Below the pieces are notes generated by a model, which saw nothing but the letters and a program-made list of their open reading frames with translations, was not told the DNA's origin and ran no database searches. This document shows, in pieces, positions 23,136 through 34,597 of a stretch of 64,000 bases of DNA (the stretch's first letter is position 1; each line of letters starts with the position of its first letter). Position numbers and translations under genes: made by a program. The stretch is from positions 124,001-188,000 of the forward strand of contig NW_005201144.1 in assembly GCF_000372725.1 (NCBI RefSeq). The letters are read 5' to 3'. Source of the stretch: Emiliania huxleyi CCMP1516. Its lineage: Eukaryota.

Positions 23136-24512
23136 TCACTGCCCCGGCGCCCACACCTCGATCTTCTTGGGCAGCAGCTGGTTCGACACGTCCTCTCCGT
23201 GGCCTAGGTGGGCGTGGTCGCCCTTGCCCCAGGTAAAGACGGCGCCGTCGGCGGTGAGGGCGAGGCTGTGGTTGGCTCCAGTCGACACAGCGACGACGCG
23301 CTGGCCGGCCAACGCCTCGATCTTCTTGGGCAGCGGCTGTTCCTCCTCGTCGCCGTGGCCCAGCTTGCCTCCCGCTCCATTGCCCCAGCTCCAGACACTG
23401 CCGTCGGCGGTGAGGGCGAGGCTATGACGTCCAGCCGACACAGCGATGACGCGCTGGCCAGCAAAGGCCCCGACCTTCTTGGGCTGCCTCCCGTGGCCCA
23501 ACCGCCCATCGCGTCCACCGCCCCAGCTCCAGAAGCTGCCGTCGGCGGTGATGGCGAGACTGTGACTCCCTCCAGCCGACACAGCGACGACGCGCTGGCC
23601 AGCAAAGGCCTCGACCGCCTTCGGCAGCAGCTGGTTCGACACGTCGCCGTGGCCCAACTGGCCATTGTATCCATAGCCCCAGCTCCAGGCGGAGCCGTCG
23701 GCGGTGATGGCGAGACTGTGGCCGCCTCCAGCCGACACAGCGACGACGCGCTGGCCAGCGAAGGCCTCGACCTTCTTGGGCAGCAGCTGGTGCTGCTCGT
23801 CGCCGTGGCCCAGCTGGCCGAAGAGACCGTAGCCCCAGCTCCAGACGGCGCCGTCGCTTGTAATGACGAGGCTGTACTGGCCTCCACCCGACACGGCGAC
23901 GACGCGCCGCCCCGCCAAGGCCTCGACCTTCTTGGGCAGCAGCTGGTCCTGCTCGTCGCCGTGGCCCAACTGGCCGTCGTCTCCACGGCCCCAGCTCCAG
24001 ACACTGCCGCCGGCGGTGAGGGCGAGGCTGTGGTTGGTTGTTGCAGACACGCTCATGGCGCGCTCTCCCGGCATCGAGGGGAGGCGGGTCGGCGTGTTGA
24101 GCCGCGTCGCGCCCTCGCCGTGCCCGAGCAGGGCTGGAGTCCACTCCGGCGCAGAGCCGCACGATGAGAGCCGCCCCTCGCCGTCGATGAAAACGCTGTG
24201 CCGTTCGCCTCCCGACGCCCTCGCCGGCGGGTTGGACTCGCACAGCAGCGCCGAGTAGCACAGCCACCGCACGGCGCAACTCTCGCCCTCTGGCTGCGCC
24301 GGCAGCTCGAAGCCGCGCTCTCGCGCCCACAAGCGGATGCACTCCAGCGCGAGTGAGGCGTGAAAGAGGACCGAGACGGCCGCGACGCGAGCGATGTCGG
24401 CGGGGTCGCAGCGAGAGACGACGCGCACGAGGAGGTCCGTGGGGAGGTCGAGGAGGCGGGTGGGCGGCGGCGTGTCTGGTGAGGGAGCTGGGGCGGCCGC
24501 GGGCAAGGACAT
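23136..24512 (-). CDS. F-box + RCC1-repeat protein, paralogue of 7075-8532
   Basis: Same architecture and identical termini (SPDTPPPTRLLDLP...KKIEVWAPGQ). Start placed by homology. Confidence 0.9.
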   Translation of the reverse strand: MSLPAAAPAPSPDTPPPTRLLDLPTDLLVRVVSRCDPADIARVAAVSVLFHASLALECIRLWARERGFELPAQPEGESCAVRWLCYSALLCESNPPARASGGERHSVFIDGEGRLSSCGSAPEWTPALLGHGEGATRLNTPTRLPSMPGERAMSVSATTNHSLALTAGGSVWSWGRGDDGQLGHGDEQDQLLPKKVEALAGRRVVAVSGGGQYSLVITSDGAVWSWGYGLFGQLGHGDEQHQLLPKKVEAFAGQRVVAVSAGGGHSLAITADGSAWSWGYGYNGQLGHGDVSNQLLPKAVEAFAGQRVVAVSAGGSHSLAITADGSFWSWGGGRDGRLGHGRQPKKVGAFAGQRVIAVSAGRHSLALTADGSVWSWGNGAGGKLGHGDEEEQPLPKKIEALAGQRVVAVSTGANHSLALTADGAVFTWGKGDHAHLGHGEDVSNQLLPKKIEVWAPGQ

Positions 24513-26622
24513 GTACATGTGTGTGGCGCAAGCGAGCGATACACTGGGGTGCGAGTTAATGCGCGGTTGGGGGGGTCTGAAAAGGGGAGTTCCCTCCTGA
24601 GAGAGAGAGAGAGAGAGAGAAAAAAAAACCCGCCAATGGCAGTTATCCGTTAGTGCGGACGTCGCCGCGGCTCGCCTCTGCCGCGGCGGCTGCTGCGCGC
24701 ACGCGGCGGCGCCGCTCTCTCGCGAGACGGCTGGTGACGCGGCTCGCGGCCGACGTACGCTGCGCTCGTCGGACCGCCCGCGGCGTGGCGTGCGCGGCGC
24801 TGCGCGCCGCTCTGCGAGCGCTTGTGCGCTGCTGTCACACTGCACTGTCTCTCTGGTGCTGCTGGTGGTGGTGATGTTGCTGATGCTGGTGCATATGCTG
24901 CTGCTGGCGCGGCGCGGCTCTGCGACTCGGCTCGAGACGCGCGTCGGGAGCAGCTGACACGGCGGCGTCGGGCAGGTTGCGCCTCTCTCTGGTGCTGGTG
25001 GTGCTGGTGGTGCTGGTGGTGCTGGTGCTGATGCTGCTGCTGATGCGGCGCGGCTCTCCGACTGGACTCGAGGCGCGTGTAGCGGCAATCTGACGCGGCG
25101 GGCGGCGTCGCGGGCGGCAGCGGTGGCGGCGTCGATGGTGGAGGTGGAGGCTGGTGGCTGTGGTGGACTTTGAGTTTATTTCATGATGGACTACGACATC
25201 TGGGGGGTCAACCGGGAGGCAGGGGGTTCGACCTGGCGACGGAGGACCGTGGGCCATCGCGGGGACTGCTGCGTACGGAGGACGCGGCAGGCAGATCCGG
25301 ATGGTCTCACCCGGTGGGAGGCACCGAGGCGTCTGGGACGCTCCACTCTACCTTAAGCTCCTGAGGGGCGCGTGGTTTTAACCACGTAGTACGACTACAG
25401 CCCACCACAGACACCCTCCCTCTCCACACGTGTGCACACACCCTCACCCTCTCCCCTCTCCTCTCTCTCTCTCTCCTCTCTCTCCTCTCCTTGTCTGTGC
25501 TGTCTGCCTGACTCAGGCACTAATTCTGCCGATGCGTGATTGTGTGTGGGCTGCTCCGAGGGGGCCCTGTGCGATCCGATGGGTAGGGGGTCTGTGCCCG
25601 GGCGGTGTCCGGTGCGGAGTCTCTCTCTGATCCCACCTGTGGTGTTGGGTGTGAGGTCGTGGAAGCTTCGATCCCAAGGGGGGGAGCCGAGCCCACTCAT
25701 AACCAACTCTCAGGGGCAGTAGGTGGGCGAGCCTCGAGCGCGCTCATCTCGATCGTCAAGGCGTCGCTACGCGCGGTCTTCCGCGGGGGGAGCTTCGTCG
25801 ACGGGTGCGGGAGCGCGGCGCAGCCAGTGCCGTGGCGATGCCTCCGGCTGTTTGTGGCGGGCGGCTTGCTGCTCGCTGCATGGCGAAAAACTCGTCTCGC
25901 CACACGCCAAGGGCTTATGCTCTGGCGAGACGTGAGGCGCATGCGCCCAGGATGGGAGGGGGCATGCGTAACGACACTGCTAGAGATGCCTTTTGGGGCC
26001 CAGAGATAAAACTTCTGTGATGCCATGCGTGACCTAGTAGTGTCCCCAGCTATGGGCGTGTCCACGTTGGAGCCAGGTGTGGTGTGGGCGCGAGAATAGC
26101 TCCGCCGTTCATGGAGGCAACCGATGCGAGTCGACTGGTGTGTGTCGTCGTGGTTTCGTATCAAGAATTCTCTCTCTTCTCTCTTCCCTCCTCTCTCCCC
26201 ACCCCGAGGACCTCTGCCCAAGCTGATGGTGCCCAGCCCAGAGGGCCCCAGGGGCTATAGAGTCACACCTAGGAGAGGGGGTAGCTCACACCTTGTGGGC
26301 CGCACTGAACCTTCTCCCACGTGCCCTTCGATCCGCCCACGGCTGCTCACGGGATGACCCCGCGCGGGCGGTGGGAGGAGCCATTTCGGAAGCGGAGGCA
26401 ACTGAGGGCAAAGCCATGCCCTCTCACCGCTCGCGGTCGCAAGTCCACTTCACATGGCTGACCGCGTCACCCGACAAAGATCCCCGATGTGTCCTGCCGT
26501 GAAGAGTCCACTCCACCGCACCGGCTGCCCCTCATAGCCTGCCGACGCGTCGTCGGGAACTCGAGCGGAGTCGACGCTTACGACGCGCTCGCCGCCCAGC
26601 GTGGAGGGGAGACAGATCGGCC

Positions 26623-28224
26623 ATGATGGTGGAGGACTACGACGAGAGAGAGCGGTTTGATCGCGTTTTGCATGAGCTCGACGAGACCAGGTGGAGTCGC
26701 TTCTCGCAGCATCTCACGCGCCGCTCCAGCAAAGACGCATTCGCCTGCGTGATGGATGAGCTCGAACGCGCATCAGCGGCCGATGCGTCCGCCTGGCCAA
26801 AGTATCGGGGATGCGGCTTCTCTTCGCACGCCGAGGCGAAGGCGAGCGCGCTGCCGCCGCCCCGATTTGGCTTCGATACCAAGGTTCGCATCAAAAAGAA
26901 ATGGTTCAGCTCCGACTTCAATGTGGACAACTTGACCGTCGAGTTTGACGAGGATGGTGAGCCGAAGCCAGTTCGGTGGATGCTGATGGACGCGGTGGGA
27001 AAGAAGGGTGACACAACGCACGACTACTATCTCAAGTACCGAGCGATCGGCGACGACGCGAGCACGGTCCTTGGCTGCGCCAACCTCCAGCACCATCACG
27101 ACTATATGTGGTTCAACGTCACCTACTCGCATCAGCACCGCGGCCACAGACCCCCAACTTTCGATCAGAGGCACCGTCGCTGGGAGGACCTCAAGGTGAA
27201 TGCCGACTTTGTCGTCGCGCGCAGGGTGCGCTTCTACGAGGACCACGAGCAGCAAAGCCTGACGGGGCGGCTGGAAGTGGTTGGCCGTGGCCACTACACC
27301 CGGCATCTCCACACCGAGCGGTATCAACAGCGGCGCGAACGCCACACCGAGGAGAACGGGCACAAGCGCGTGGACGTGTACTGGACGCCAGAGTCTCGCA
27401 CGCACGGCTTCACGCGCTGCAACCTCAAGGCCTTCGTCTACAAGCTGAGCATATACGGGACAGACTTCAACATAGCCTTTGACGAGAAGGCGTCGGGCAA
27501 GTGGTACAAGTCCAACAAGATGATCTTCAAGGCAAGCCACGCGAGCAGCGGCGCGCCTCTCTTCATGGCCACCAGCGATGGCGAGAAGAAGACCACAATC
27601 CAGACCTACAGCCACGGCGACCCAGTCAGCAGCATCCTCGCTGCTTTCTGTGTCAGTATCCGCCTCGACCCCAAGGAGCTGCACTCCACCTGCAAGTCGT
27701 ATTGTAAGAAGCACATCTCCCTCCACGCGCCGACCGGCATCCGGGGCGGATTCGGGATGAACGACGTCGAATATGAGCAGCGCTTCATAGTGCCAGGGCG
27801 AGCCAGCGTTAGCGTCGCGCCGATGCCGCCTGTTGGTCACGCATACGGAGTGCCCGTGGCAGAGGCGCCGCCGCCGCCACCGCCGCTGGTGGTAGCCGAG
27901 CCGGTGGTGGCAGCCGAGCCGATGGTTGGCGGCATGGTGACGCCGTTCACGGTCATGCCGGGCGAGGCAGTCGCCTTCGAGCCGATCGTTGTGGACGCCA
28001 TTGTGCTGCCTGCCATCACGGACGATGTCGCCGCCGCCCTTACAACCTATGAGGCCAAGGGCGACGGTCAGGGCAAGGCGGTTAGCGTCTCGGCCAGTGA
28101 CGACGACGGTGATGGCGGCGACGATGACACGGACGGCGTCGGGGCGCGCGGATCGCAAGTTGTCGACAATGGCTCCTCTTCCGAAGACGAGAAGGCCTAC
28201 TTCACTACGCGGGACTCTTGCTAG
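26623..28224 (+). CDS. Hypothetical protein (533 aa), possibly LURP-one/tubby-like beta-barrel with Pro/Val-rich acidic tail
   Basis: Long ORF with coding-like composition. KKKWFSSDF start and a terminal hydrophobic helix (DPVSSILAAFCV) loosely resemble LURP/tubby. Confidence 0.65.
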   Translation: MMVEDYDERERFDRVLHELDETRWSRFSQHLTRRSSKDAFACVMDELERASAADASAWPKYRGCGFSSHAEAKASALPPPRFGFDTKVRIKKKWFSSDFNVDNLTVEFDEDGEPKPVRWMLMDAVGKKGDTTHDYYLKYRAIGDDASTVLGCANLQHHHDYMWFNVTYSHQHRGHRPPTFDQRHRRWEDLKVNADFVVARRVRFYEDHEQQSLTGRLEVVGRGHYTRHLHTERYQQRRERHTEENGHKRVDVYWTPESRTHGFTRCNLKAFVYKLSIYGTDFNIAFDEKASGKWYKSNKMIFKASHASSGAPLFMATSDGEKKTTIQTYSHGDPVSSILAAFCVSIRLDPKELHSTCKSYCKKHISLHAPTGIRGGFGMNDVEYEQRFIVPGRASVSVAPMPPVGHAYGVPVAEAPPPPPPLVVAEPVVAAEPMVGGMVTPFTVMPGEAVAFEPIVVDAIVLPAITDDVAAALTTYEAKGDGQGKAVSVSASDDDGDGGDDDTDGVGARGSQVVDNGSSSEDEKAYFTTRDSC

Positions 28225-28717
28225 GGAGTCATAGAAGGGGGAGCAGTAGAGCGATCTCCGTCTCACCGGGTGGCGTCGTGAGAGCTGCGTACGCGAGTAC
28301 TAGTATGAACTCTCTCACTATCTCTCTCTCGTGTCTCGACACTCGCGGTGGACGCCCCCCGGCGCTGGGCGCCCCGGCACGCGGCAGTGCCGCGCGCCAG
28401 CCCGCCAGCAAAGCCGTAAACACGGCCCTTTGCTACGGTGGAGCTGGAGGCGTGTGACTGTGAGGTGCGTGTGTGTGCTGTATCTGTCCGACACCGTCAC
28501 CGACAGGCGACACAACACTCAAGTCTCAAAACACGCATGCGCGTAAAAATTTTCAACTGAGTTGTATCTTGTAAAAGCAAAATAGCCTCGGGTCGCTCGT
28601 GTCCAGGCCCGCCCGACTGTGCAAGCCGGGAGCTCTCGCTGAAGGCGAGAAAGCGAAAACCCATCACCCCGTTCTCGACGCGGCCTACGGTGAACGCCCT
28701 TGTCTCACTCAGGCCTG

Positions 28718-31690
28718 TCAACTGGGCCGATCGCGCGCGGCGGCCGCTCTCGCCCGCTTGTCCTTGCACACCCTCCACTTCTCGTTGGCCAAATCGAGGT
28801 CCTCCTCGTCGCCGTCGTCGTACTTGATGTGCACCCGCACGCCTGCACAGCGGCGGGAATCGAGTAGGCTACCTGGAGGGCGGTGAGTGGGCGCTGCTGG
28901 GGCCGGGCAACGGCCGCACCGTCCGACGCGACGCCGCTCAGCCGACCCGCGAACCAAGTCTTGTCGAGCGGCCACCAGACCTCGATTCGCTCGCCCTGCC
29001 AGTCAACAGCCGCCAGCGAAGGCGCCTCCCCGGCCGAAGCCTGCGCCGGGGGCGACGGCGCCGCCCGCTGGCGCGGCTGGCGAGCCGCGGCTGCCGGCGG
29101 CGCGCCGCTATCCACAGCCTGCCCCTGCGCTGCTTGGCCCTGCCCAGCTGCCTGCCACGCCTGGGCGAGGCGGTGGCCCGGCGTTGGCGGCAGCTGCGCC
29201 GGCGCCGGCACCGAGGCGTAGCCCTGCACCATCCCCGCCCCTTGCACCATCCCCGCCCCTTGCACCAGCCCGGGCTGTGCGAACGCCGTCTGCATCGGCT
29301 GCGCATACGCGACCGGCTGCGCCAGCCCGGGTTGCACTGGGGTGGCAGCAACGGGCATGCCCATGGGTTGCGCCGCCACCGGCTGTGCTGGCACGGCCTG
29401 CGCCGCCACCGGCTGTGCGTTCGGCGCCGCAAAAGGGTGCTGCGGCGCGAGGCCGCCACACACCGGCGCACCGAGAGGCGCGGCATAGACTGCGCCGCCG
29501 CACGCCCCTGCGCCGACGGGAATTGGCACCGCGTTCGCCACCGGGAGCCCCGCCCCCAGCCGGCTCATTGCCGCCGCCGCCGCGCCCGCAGCAACAGCCT
29601 CCACCGCCGCAGCGGGCGGCGGCGCGAACGGCGTGGGCTCGGCCGGCGGCGGCGGCGGCGCAGCTTGGTGGACGAGCTCGACGACATGCGCCTCTGCGTT
29701 CTTCTCGAGCGCGTCGAGGTTATACCCCCCCTCGAGGAGGGAGAGGAGCCGGCCGCCGCAGTGCCGCTTCGCGAGCGCCGCGGCGCGCGCAGTGAGGGCG
29801 GTGTAGGTTTCGACCTCGAGCCGGATGAAGCCGGACAGGTCGGGCGCGTCGTCGCGGTGCGCCTGCGGACGCGTCCGAGGCGGGTCCGGAGGCAGGCTCG
29901 AGGAGAGGGGCGGGGTCGGCCTCGTCGGCGCGGCGCGCGTCGAAGCCGCACGAGAGGAGGAGCAAGTCGGGGCGGAAGGCGTCGATCGCGGGGACGACGT
30001 AGCGGTCGAAGGCGGCGAGGTACTCGTCGGGAGGCGTGCCTGCGGTGCAAGAGGGCCGCGTCTCGAGCATGCGCGTGCGGTCCGGGAGGGCCGCGAGCGA
30101 CGGCGCCGCACCGCGCGCGAGCGGCACGTTGACCAGCGTCGGCTCGAGCTGGAGTGCCGTCCCCGTCTCCGGGTAAAAGAACTGCTCTGCGCCGTGCAGG
30201 GAGGCGTAGAGCACGTTGTCGCAGCCCCACGAGCGCACGATCTCCTCGGTGCCGTTGCCGTGGTGCAAGTCCCAGTCGATGATGGCGACGCGGCGCACCG
30301 CGGCGGCATGCTGCAGCAGGGCGTACTTGGCGGCGATGGCCACATTGTTGAGCAGGCAGAAGCCTTGGCCGCACCGGTCCTTGATCAGCGGCGTCGGCGA
30401 GCTCGCGCGCTCGGTCGACGCGTCCGACGTTGAGCCGACCGAGCTCTGCTTCTGGAGCGGCGGCTGGAGCGGCGGCTTGAGCGGCGGCGGCTTGGGCGGC
30501 TTTGGCTTGCCGAGCTGCTTGCCCTCCTCCTCCTCCTCGAGCCGGCGCGGCGGGTGGTGCGACCTGCGCGCGCGCCCCGCCGGCACAGGCTTGCCGTCGC
30601 CGTTGGCGCCGTCCGAGGGCGCGCCGGCCGTCGGGCTCTCCGCCTCCGCCGCGGCCGGCTTCGGGCTCCCCGCCCCCTGGCTCCCCGCCCCCTGGCTCCC
30701 CGCCCCCGGGCTCTCTGCGCTCCGCGGCCGGCCGCCGACACGGCGCTTCGGGCTCTCCTCCAGCGGCAGGTCAGCAGCCTCGGTGGAGCCGCGGACGGTG
30801 GTGCCGTGGACGCCCGCGTGGTGCCCCGGAGGCCGGACCACGCAGAAGGCGTTCACCGCCTCGCCCTGCACGATCGCGTCCACGCCCTTGCAGCACGCGA
30901 GCACCGCGCAGAGCGCCGCGGCCAGCGACGTGTGCGAGGCGTAGGTGTCGCGCGTGATGCCCGAGAGGTTGCGGATGAGCGCCGGCATCGGCGCCTTGCG
31001 CTTGGTGTGCGCCGTCGCCATCCGCGCCGCGCGGCGCTCCTCCGACGCCGCCGCCGCCGCGCACGTCGCGCGCAGCTTCTCGAGGTAGACCGCCGAGTGG
31101 ACCTGCCGCACCGCGGGCAGCACGCGCGCCTCGAGGTAGCAGACAGAGGCCGTCCGCCGCAGCGAGACGCCCACGGCGCTGCGGCGCGCCGCCTTGCCCG
31201 ACCCGCCCGCTGCCACGTCGGGCGGCGGCATCAGCGCCGTGTCGAGCGGCGAGCTCGAGGCGGCCGCCGGCGCCTCGGTGGGCTTGATGAGCTGCGCCTC
31301 GAGCGCCGCGAGCATCTCGGTCGAGGTGGTGAGCTCGAGGAGGCGGAAGCGCGGCACCCCGCCAGGGCGGCTCGACTGGCCCTCCGCCGACGGCTCGCCG
31401 CCCAGCAGCAGCGAGCGCAGCCGCTCGAGCACGCGCTGCACTCGGGCCGGCTGCTCAGGGCACATCCGGTGCGTGATGTGCGAGGTGCATTGGGCGTGGG
31501 ATATGACCCACGTCGCGCAGGAGGGGCCGGCCGCCGCCGCCGAGCCGCCAAACGACGGGTCGCTCGTGGTGCACGTGTCGTCCGGCTTTGGACGCTTGGC
31601 GGGCCGGTCCGGCTGCGCCCGCTCGACCTCAGACATGAGGTCGTGCAATGCATCTGGTCCGGTGATGGCCGCCGCCTCGGCGTCGAGCAT
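28718..31690 (-). CDS. Class II-type histone deacetylase with C-terminal Tudor domain, multi-exon
   Basis: HDAC motifs RPPGHHA, GFCLLNNVA, IDWDLHHGNGT, SCGFDA and LEGGY. Tudor motifs GERIEVWWPLDKTWFAG..IKYDDGDEEDLDLANEKW. Confidence 0.88.
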
Positions 31691-32135
31691 GGGGCGCGGG
31701 GTGGGAGAGGGCGGCTGAGCGGTGCACACTGGACTCGCACAGCGCTGCCAGAGTCGGCTGACGGGGAGGAGAGCACGGAGGAGGAGCCCACCGAGGATAA
31801 CCCAGGGCGGGCGGCTCTGTGTCCTCTGACTGAGCGCCCCTCGGGGGGGGTACCCGGGTACCCGGTAGCCCGGGGGCGTGGCCGCTGGGTAGCCGGGGAT
31901 ACACATACACTTGGTGCGACCCCAACAATTACGTCCGCCATGAGTGCCAGCGCCAGCTAGTCCCCTTCACCGTTCCGGTCCATGACACGCTCCCATAGAT
32001 CTATGGCCATGCTGCAGGCAGCTTAACTAGCCCACTAGCCGAAGCCACTGCCCGGCGCCCACCTGCCTAGATCGTGTGCGGCAGTCTCGCGGGCGAAACA
32101 GAAATGCGCAGCAGAGGAAGCCAGCACGCATGAGG

Positions 32136-32807
32136 TCACTCCCTCACGAGCGCGCACGCGATCCGCGCGCCATCAAAGTCGTGCACGATGAAAGCATGGG
32201 AGACGGTGGCTTTCGATGCGAGTCCCGTGTGGGCTGTGGCCGCGCCGGATGCCACGGACCCGACAGCGGTGTAAGAGACTTTGGCCCACGGGTCCTCCGC
32301 AAGTTTCTCGTCGAAGTAGTGGCCGCCGGCATCACTAGTGCAGTCCGTGCCAGCGTGGATGTGCATGCCGCACGAGTTTGCGGCCTCTCCCGCCCCGCTG
32401 TTGCAACGCGAGTCGACGCCCGTGAGCGAGTACGAAAATTCTTGCGCGTCCGGCAGGTTGCACTTGAACGAAACATCGCCGCCCACCTGAGCGAGTCAGG
32501 AGTGCGCTCGTTAGTACCTGGGGGCCGCACAATTGCTTGTCAGTCGCGTGCCATGCACCTGCAAGTCGCCCTCGTAGTTGAAGTACGTTGTGAACCCAGA
32601 AGCTGTGATTTCACCGGCCGATCTTGCCGTCAAGGGTGCATAAAACTTTGAGAGCGTTGCGACAGCGGGAGCCAACAACGGAGCGGAGTCGCAGCTGCCA
32701 CTGTCAAGAAAGCCAAAGAATTGGCAAATCCATTCCGCGCTCTTCTCCGCCGGGACGGAAAGCGCCGACGAGCGGCATACGCACACAAGGAGAATTGCAC
32801 GCAGCAT
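32136..32807 (-). CDS. Secreted Cu/Zn-superoxide-dismutase-fold protein (Cu-only type)
   Basis: Signal peptide, GMHIH, AGGHY and FIVHDFDGARIAC motifs. GT-AG intron at 32558-32487. Confidence 0.75.
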
Positions 32808-33280
32808 GGGGTGCTTCGGGCGCTTGCTTGCGGCTTGGGGGTGCGACGATTAACAAGGCAGTCCGGTGCCCGAACACGAATACAAAACTCGAGAATTTAA
32901 CAAACAAGGCGCAAATTTTACGACAAAACTCCCTCGCACAACGCAGGGCACGGGACAATCGGAATTCTCCACCCTTGTCCCGCCACAAGGACCCCATCCC
33001 AGGAATTGCGACTCGCCGCTTTCCTCCCGCTGTGATCCTGTGTGTGGTGAGCTCTGTGTCTTGTTTTCCCAACAACATACGTACACACCCTTGTCCCGCG
33101 CGACCGCCGTTCTGGCAAGAGAGCGACCCGCTCTCTGTGCGTGTGGCGGAGCAAGGGGCAAGCCGAGCCGAGCCTGGGTTGCGGCGGCGTGATGAGAGAG
33201 CACTCAGAACTCTCTTGCGGTCTCGAGGTCTCGAGGTTGGTTCCGAAAAGAATTTGTACGACATGTTTTCTTTCTTTTTC

Positions 33281-33432
33281 TACTCGGAGCCAGTGATACG
33301 AGAATACGCACATGTTACGAGAATACGCCCCGCCCCCAGCCCCCACGGAATACCTGTAGGCTGATGGCTGTACTACTCGACGATAATACAAGAATACGCA
33401 GCTTGGAAGTTGCAGACGCCTATAAAGAAGAC
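33281..33432. repeat. Dispersed repeat with (AC)GAGAATAC motifs, homologous to 6311-6427
   Basis: Shared TACTCGGAGC..GATACGAGAATAC..GATAATAC.AGAATACGCAGCT..AGACGCCTATAAAGAA. Confidence 0.7.
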
Positions 33433-34597
33433 ATAGTGTTTTTTGGTGTTACGGTGCCTACAAGAAATATCCGAGATCGCATGGAGCTGATCACAGGGTT
33501 TACGGCGGTCATTGTCCCCTACCAGCGGGCACAGGTGGGCCGCGGACACCCGTGAATGACCTTAAGGTAAGCTAAAAGACGTACAACGAAACTCCCTGCA
33601 CGACACTGGAATTCTAATTAGCAAAATAGGGTTAGGCAGAAGCGGGGTCGCGCGACATCCGTGCTCAGTTAGAGTAAAGCTCTGTAACACACATAAAACC
33701 GGCGGACCCTTACGGGGTGTGGAGGGTGAGTTGAACAGGGGTTGTGCGCCAAGCCCTCCTGCTCGGCTCCAGCGAGTAGACAAGTGTTACCATCAACAGA
33801 GGAGAAGGATATGACCTCAGGGCTGATGTGACCAAGCGCTGGTAGCGTGGTTTTAACTCACACCCATGGTCTCACAGTGTGCCGGCAGTCGCCGAGCAGT
33901 GTCGCTCACACAAGCCGCAGCACAAGTGACTGAGGGCCAGTGAGGGCGAGCCCATCGCTGTCACAGCTGTGGCAGCCGCACAGTAGGCTGTGTCAGCTGT
34001 GCAGAGTGTGTGAGCAGCAGAGGAGCTGCTCTCCAGGCTTCTGTCGCAAAGAGCTGCATGCCACCGAAAGCGCTGTCGAGGTTCGCCGAGCGCGGCGCAG
34101 GTTGGGGGAAGCCGCCACCGACGAGCGCGTTGGACTTTTCACTCTGGACAAAAAACGCGGCACAGCGGACGGTGCGGGGCGTGCCGCAAACTTAGCGGCG
34201 AGGCGCGGGACCGTCTGTGGCGAAGTGGGTCGCGTCCCCCGATTTTGTTCAACCCAGCATCCACACCCTTTACAGATCACAGATCACATAAAACCGACAA
34301 CTCTCAACGCTCAAGTTGTCAACGGGCGGACGGCGGGACGGGCAAGGTCGGCGGTTTGCACGCCAAGGAGGGTAGATAGGGCGAGAAGCTGCGCCGTGTG
34401 GGGGGAGTTGTGGACTTGTGCGTTGTGGTGTGCCGTGTGGCCGCGCGCGCGTGTGCGCGAGCGCCGCGACCGAGGTCCTTCTTATACACACTCTTACACT
34501 TCCAATTGTTTTTTAACTTACACGCAACACACAAATCTCTCTCTCTACACGCAGAGTATGGCCCTCGTATATGATTAACGTACACCGGGCCCGAGAT

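Noticed and set aside
24513..25088. N-terminal extension of the 650-aa ORF
   Set aside because: It runs through CT and CAG/CAC simple repeats, and homology to the paralogue starts near 24512.
25370..26360. Degenerate retroelement coding remnant
   Set aside because: No diagnostic motif or second copy in the window.
33626..33635. TAGGGTTAGG as a telomere or telomerase RNA template
   Set aside because: It is under two repeat units and sits in sequence resembling a retroelement 3' UTR; there is no supporting structure.
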